This document shows, piece by piece, positions 15,181 through 18,925 of a DNA stretch of 18,925 nt. The stretch spans positions 1 to 18,925 of the forward strand of contig JBBDYA010000079.1 in assembly GCA_040902005.1 (NCBI GenBank), read 5' to 3'. A model generated the notes under the pieces. The model worked only from the letters and a program-made list of their open reading frames with translations. It was not told where the DNA came from and did no database searches. A program made the position numbers and the translations under genes. Every line of letters starts with the position of its first letter. Within the stretch, counting starts at the first letter, position 1. This DNA is from Gemmatimonadaceae bacterium (GTDB taxonomy: Bacteria; Gemmatimonadota; Gemmatimonadetes; Gemmatimonadales; Gemmatimonadaceae).

Positions 15181-16224
15181 ATGTCCACCAATCCGACCCG
15201 CCAGGAAATCTTCCGGCTGACTGCCTTCGCGCGCTGCGCTGGTTGAGCCGCCAAGTTGGGTCCGGGCGACCTGTCCAGGGCACTCGAGGGTCTGCCGAGC
15301 CGTTCCGATTCGCGCCTGCTGGTGGGGCACGAAACGCTGGACGATGCGGGGGTCTTCCTGTTGTCCGACGATGTGGCGCTGGTGCAGACCGTGGATTTCT
15401 TCGCGCCGATCGTGGATGACCCGTATCTGTTTGGCCAGGTCGCGGCCGCGAACGCGCTCTCCGATGTCTATGCCATGGGAGGGGAACCGCTCACCGCGCT
15501 CAACATCGTGGGTTTTCCGTCCGGCAAACTGCCGCTGGAAGTGCTTCGCGAGATTCTCCGCGGGGGCCAGGAGAAGGTGCACGAGGCCGGGGCGCTCGTG
15601 GTGGGCGGCCACACGATCATCGATGAGGAACTGAAGTACGGCCTCTCCGTGACCGGTCGGGCGCACCCCGCAAGGCTGCTCACCAATGCGAGCGCCAGGG
15701 CGGGCGATCGCCTGGTGCTCACGAAGCCGATCGGCACCGCGCTCCTGGCCACCCTGGCCAAGCGGGGTGAATTGCCGGAGCCGGAGCTGCTGGCGCTCAC
15801 CGACAGCATGCGCGCCCTGAACCGCCGCGCCTCGGAAGTGGCGCTGCAACTCGGCGTGCGGTGCGCCACGGACGTCACGGGATTCGGTCTGCTTGGCCAC
15901 GCGTCGCACATCGCGCGATCCAGTGGTGTCACCCTGAGAATTCGCATGGATCACGTGCCCCTGCTTCCGGGCGCGCGCTCCGCGGCGGACCGCGGCGTCC
16001 GGACGGGCGGCGCCGAGCGCAACCTGGCCTACCTCGAGCCGCAGGTGGAGTGGGGCAGGGCCTCCGAGACCGATCGGGTGCTGGCCATCGACCCGCAGAC
16101 GTCGGGCGGACTCCTGGTCGCGCTCAGCGCGGACGTGCTCGAGCGGTATGTTTCTCTGGTTCCGGGAGCCACGGAGATCGGTGACGTGTTGCCTCCGGGC
16201 AAAGCCGGCCTCGTGCTTGCGTGA
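15181..16224 (+). CDS. selD: Selenide, water dikinase (selenophosphate synthetase), selenocysteine-containing; in-frame UGA at 15244-15246
   Basis: AGGAGG SD then ATG 15181: MSTNPTRQEIFRLTAFARCAG-UGA-AAKLGPGDL, continuing in frame into track ORF 15256..16224. Motifs DDAGV, QTVDFFAPIVDDP, AAANALSDVYAMGG, GGHT, TDVTGFGLLGH and DPQTSGGLL. The UGA occupies the catalytic Cys/Sec position, three residues before the conserved Lys. 347 aa in total. Confidence 0.95.
15257..15273 (+). promoter_or_regulatory. Candidate bacterial SECIS hairpin
   Basis: UGGGUC-[CGGGC]-GACCUG stem-loop. The loop starts 16 nt after the UGA and has G at its second position. Folded by eye only. Confidence 0.6.
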
Positions 16225-16225
16225 T

Positions 16226-16322
16226 GGGAGTGGATGGAGCCTGGTGGCTTTCCTGGTCTTCAAAACCAGTGTGACCTGACAACGTCGGGTTGGGTGGGTT
16301 CGATTCCCATGCACTCCCGCCA
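16226..16322 (+). tRNA. selC: tRNA-Sec (anticodon UCA)
   Basis: Acceptor GGGAGUG/CACUCCC; 6-bp D-stem GGAGCC/GGCUUU with a 4-nt UGGU loop; anticodon arm CUGGU-CUUCAAA-ACCAG (UCA at 16260-16262). It also has a 9-bp variable arm, T-arm GUGGG-UUCGAUU-CCCAU, discriminator G and an encoded CCA; 97 nt. Confidence 0.96.
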
Positions 16323-16343
16323 ACGCTTGGTGTAGAGCTCTCC

Positions 16344-16928
16344 GTGAACCGTGATATTCCTCGACGGCGGTCCGGCCGCCGCCTCGTAATACTCGCCCTG
16401 ACGCTCGCCGCGGTGACGTCCCGTCCTGTGCGCGCGCAGGAGCCAACACCGCCAGACACCGGGCGCGCACCGGTCGCGGCGGGTGCCGTCCCGGAGCTCC
16501 GGCCGCCGTTATCCCCGCGCCGCGCGTTCCTGTCCTCCCTGATCGTTCCCGGCTACGCGCAATCGGTGCTCGGGAGGGGACGTTCGGCTACCCTGTTCAT
16601 GGCGTTCGAGGCATTGTCGGTGGTGATGGTGCGCGAGATGAACAGCAATGTGCGCGAGGCTCGGCGGAACGCATCGGACAGCGTGATTGTCTCCTACGTG
16701 AATGCGGATGGCACCCCTGGCCTGCGCGTGCAGGCATCACAATTCCCGACCGTGCTCGTGCGGGCGCGGCGTGACCAGGCCGAGGACTGGATCGCGGTGC
16801 TGATCGCCAATCATCTGTTCGCCGCCGCGGACGCCTATGTCGCGGCGCTCCTGTGGGACCTGCCGGCGGAAATCGCATTGCGCGCGGATCGCTCGTCCGG
16901 CGGGCTGGCAGTCCGCCTGTACTGGTAG
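16344..16928 (+). CDS. Exported/membrane hypothetical protein, DUF5683-like
   Basis: From GTG 16344: a signal-peptide-like N-terminus (RRLVILALTLAAVTSRPVRA|QE), then SPRRAFLSSLIVPGYAQ, a second hydrophobic helix ending ADAYVAA, and C-terminal GLAVRLYW. The track's start at 16290 lies inside the tRNA. Confidence 0.65.
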   Translation: MNRDIPRRRSGRRLVILALTLAAVTSRPVRAQEPTPPDTGRAPVAAGAVPELRPPLSPRRAFLSSLIVPGYAQSVLGRGRSATLFMAFEALSVVMVREMNSNVREARRNASDSVIVSYVNADGTPGLRVQASQFPTVLVRARRDQAEDWIAVLIANHLFAAADAYVAALLWDLPAEIALRADRSSGGLAVRLYW

Positions 16929-16935
16929 GGGCAGG

Positions 16936-17736
<801 letters not shown>

Positions 17737-18465
17737 GCGGCTCTCGTCCCAGCGTCGCAGCTCGATGCGCTCCGGCGTCACCCGCAGAAACGTCTGTTGA
17801 TCGAGCCAGGGACCGGCGTTGGCGTACACCGCGCCGCCAAGGCGCGTCAATTCGGCCACGTGGGAGTGACCATACACCACGAGATCCAGGTTCCGTTCGC
17901 GCGCGAGGCGGTCCGTGGCGGACAGGCGAAGTCCCGCGCCACCGTCGCGCGCCTGGTAGTTGCGGCTCGTATGCGATGTGCGATTGGCGAGCGCACTCCC
18001 CCAGTCGGGGTGGAGCAGGCGGAACAGGCGAACGGACAGGGGATGCCGCAGGACGGCGCGCAGCGCCCGGTATCCGCGGTCCTCGGCACCGCGCAATCCG
18101 TCACCGTGCTCGATGTGGGCCCGCCAGCCGCCGATCGTATCGCGCCACGGACCCTGGACATAGTCCACTCCCACGTCTTTCCGGAGGATGTCGCCTCCCC
18201 AGCAGTCGTGGTTGCCGGCGATCATCACCACCGGCATGCCCGACTCGCGCAGGTCGGCGAGCGCGGCCAGCACCCGGAACATCCCGCGCGGCATGACTCG
18301 GCGCCACTCGAACCAGAACTCGAAGAGGTCGCCATTGATCAGCAGCGCGCCTGCGCGGCCGGGCAGGTGCCGGAGAAACCGCACCAGCGACTGCTCCACG
18401 TCCCGGGCGGCATACCCGAGGTGCGCGTCCGAGATGAGGTATACCGGGGCGATGAGCACGCGCTG

Positions 18466-18508
18466 ATACTAGCCGCGATGAGCATGCCGGACAAAGCCCC
18501 GCTACGTT
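18466..18508. promoter_or_regulatory. Divergent pair of -10-like boxes in the 56-nt gap
   Basis: On the - strand TAGTAT (18471-18466) lies 6 nt before GTG 18459. On the + strand TACGTT (18503-18508) lies 7 nt before GTG 18516. Confidence 0.45.
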
Positions 18509-18515
18509 GTCCCTC

Positions 18516-18925
18516 GTGAGTGCCACGCACGATATCGAGTTCCGCGTCCGGTACGCCGAAACCGATCAGATGGGGGTGGTGTATCACACCAACTATCTGG
18601 TGTGGTGCGAGATCGGCCGCACGGAACTCATTCGCGAGGTGACGGGCATCAGTTACGCCGCGCTCGAGGCGGAAGGCGTGCGGCTCGCGGTCGCGGAACT
18701 CTCCATCCGGTATCATGGTGCCGCGCGCTATGACAATCGCGTATCGGTGCGCACGACGCTTGCCGCCGCCCGCTCGCGGTCGGTCACGTTCGAGTACATC
18801 GTCACGAACGCGGAGACCGGTGTCCGACTTGCCACGGCGCAGACAGTGCTCGTGTCGCTCGACGACCGCGGCCGGCCGATCGTGATGCCGGAGCACCTGC
18901 GCCGGGCGCTTTCCGGGGGGGGGGG
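18516..18925 (+). CDS. YbgC/FadM-family acyl-CoA thioesterase (hotdog fold), stop codon outside window
   Basis: Not in the ORF track. My translation from GTG 18516 is MSATHDIEFRVRYAETDQMGVVYHTNYLVWCEIGRTE...IRYHGAARYDN...; the ETDxxGVVYH motif is diagnostic. The frame is open to the window end. Confidence 0.9.
   Translation, partial: MSATHDIEFRVRYAETDQMGVVYHTNYLVWCEIGRTELIREVTGISYAALEAEGVRLAVAELSIRYHGAARYDNRVSVRTTLAAARSRSVTFEYIVTNAETGVRLATAQTVLVSLDDRGRPIVMPEHLRRALSGGG

Noticed and set aside
15052..15246. Separate 64-aa ORF, or selD as a nonsense pseudogene
   Set aside because: Its last 21 codons are the true SelD N-terminus. The UGA is at the Sec position with a SECIS-like hairpin and an adjacent tRNA-Sec, so recoding explains it better.
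16290..16343. Track start of the 212-aa ORF, and a possible island integrated at selC
   Set aside because: That start lies within the tRNA. selC is a known integration hotspot, but there is no integrase, duplicated tRNA 3' end or evident compositional shift here.
18915..18925. Terminal run of 11 G (possible phase-variable tract)
   Set aside because: It sits exactly at the window end, near the expected thioesterase C-terminus. A contig-end or poly-G sequencing artefact is more likely, and it cannot be judged without reads.

Overview
This is a high-GC bacterial core-genome window with no mobile element, CRISPR array or rRNA. The gene style suggests a diderm lineage such as Gemmatimonadota, but that is an unverified inference. 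The left end (- strand) carries a DUF948/YtxG-like gene, a YtxH-like gene and a secreted Zn-dependent phospholipase C-like gene that runs off the edge. A long, tightly packed + strand run follows: murA, pgeF, a promoter with a leader terminator, rimP, nusA, an L7Ae-family gene, infB, rbfA, truB, ribF, secD, secF and tatD. After a second promoter come ridA, selD, selC, a DUF5683-like gene and murI. The right end has a convergent LpxH-like metallophosphoesterase and a divergent YbgC-type thioesterase that runs off the edge. The ORF track misses the main signal. selD really starts at 15181 and reads through an in-frame UGA (selenocysteine, CAGU motif) followed by a SECIS-like hairpin. A 97-nt tRNA-Sec (UCA anticodon) begins 1 nt after the selD stop, inside a putative operon that ends in murI. 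Other notable points are a Cys-to-Asp (fosfomycin-insensitive type) MurA, a rimP-leader attenuator, a 143-nt same-strand dual-coding overlap, candidate leaderless promoters and an xxK-repeat NusA tail. I see no clearly new multi-gene system. The most interesting open hypotheses concern the selD-selC-murI arrangement and the DUF948/YtxH overlap.
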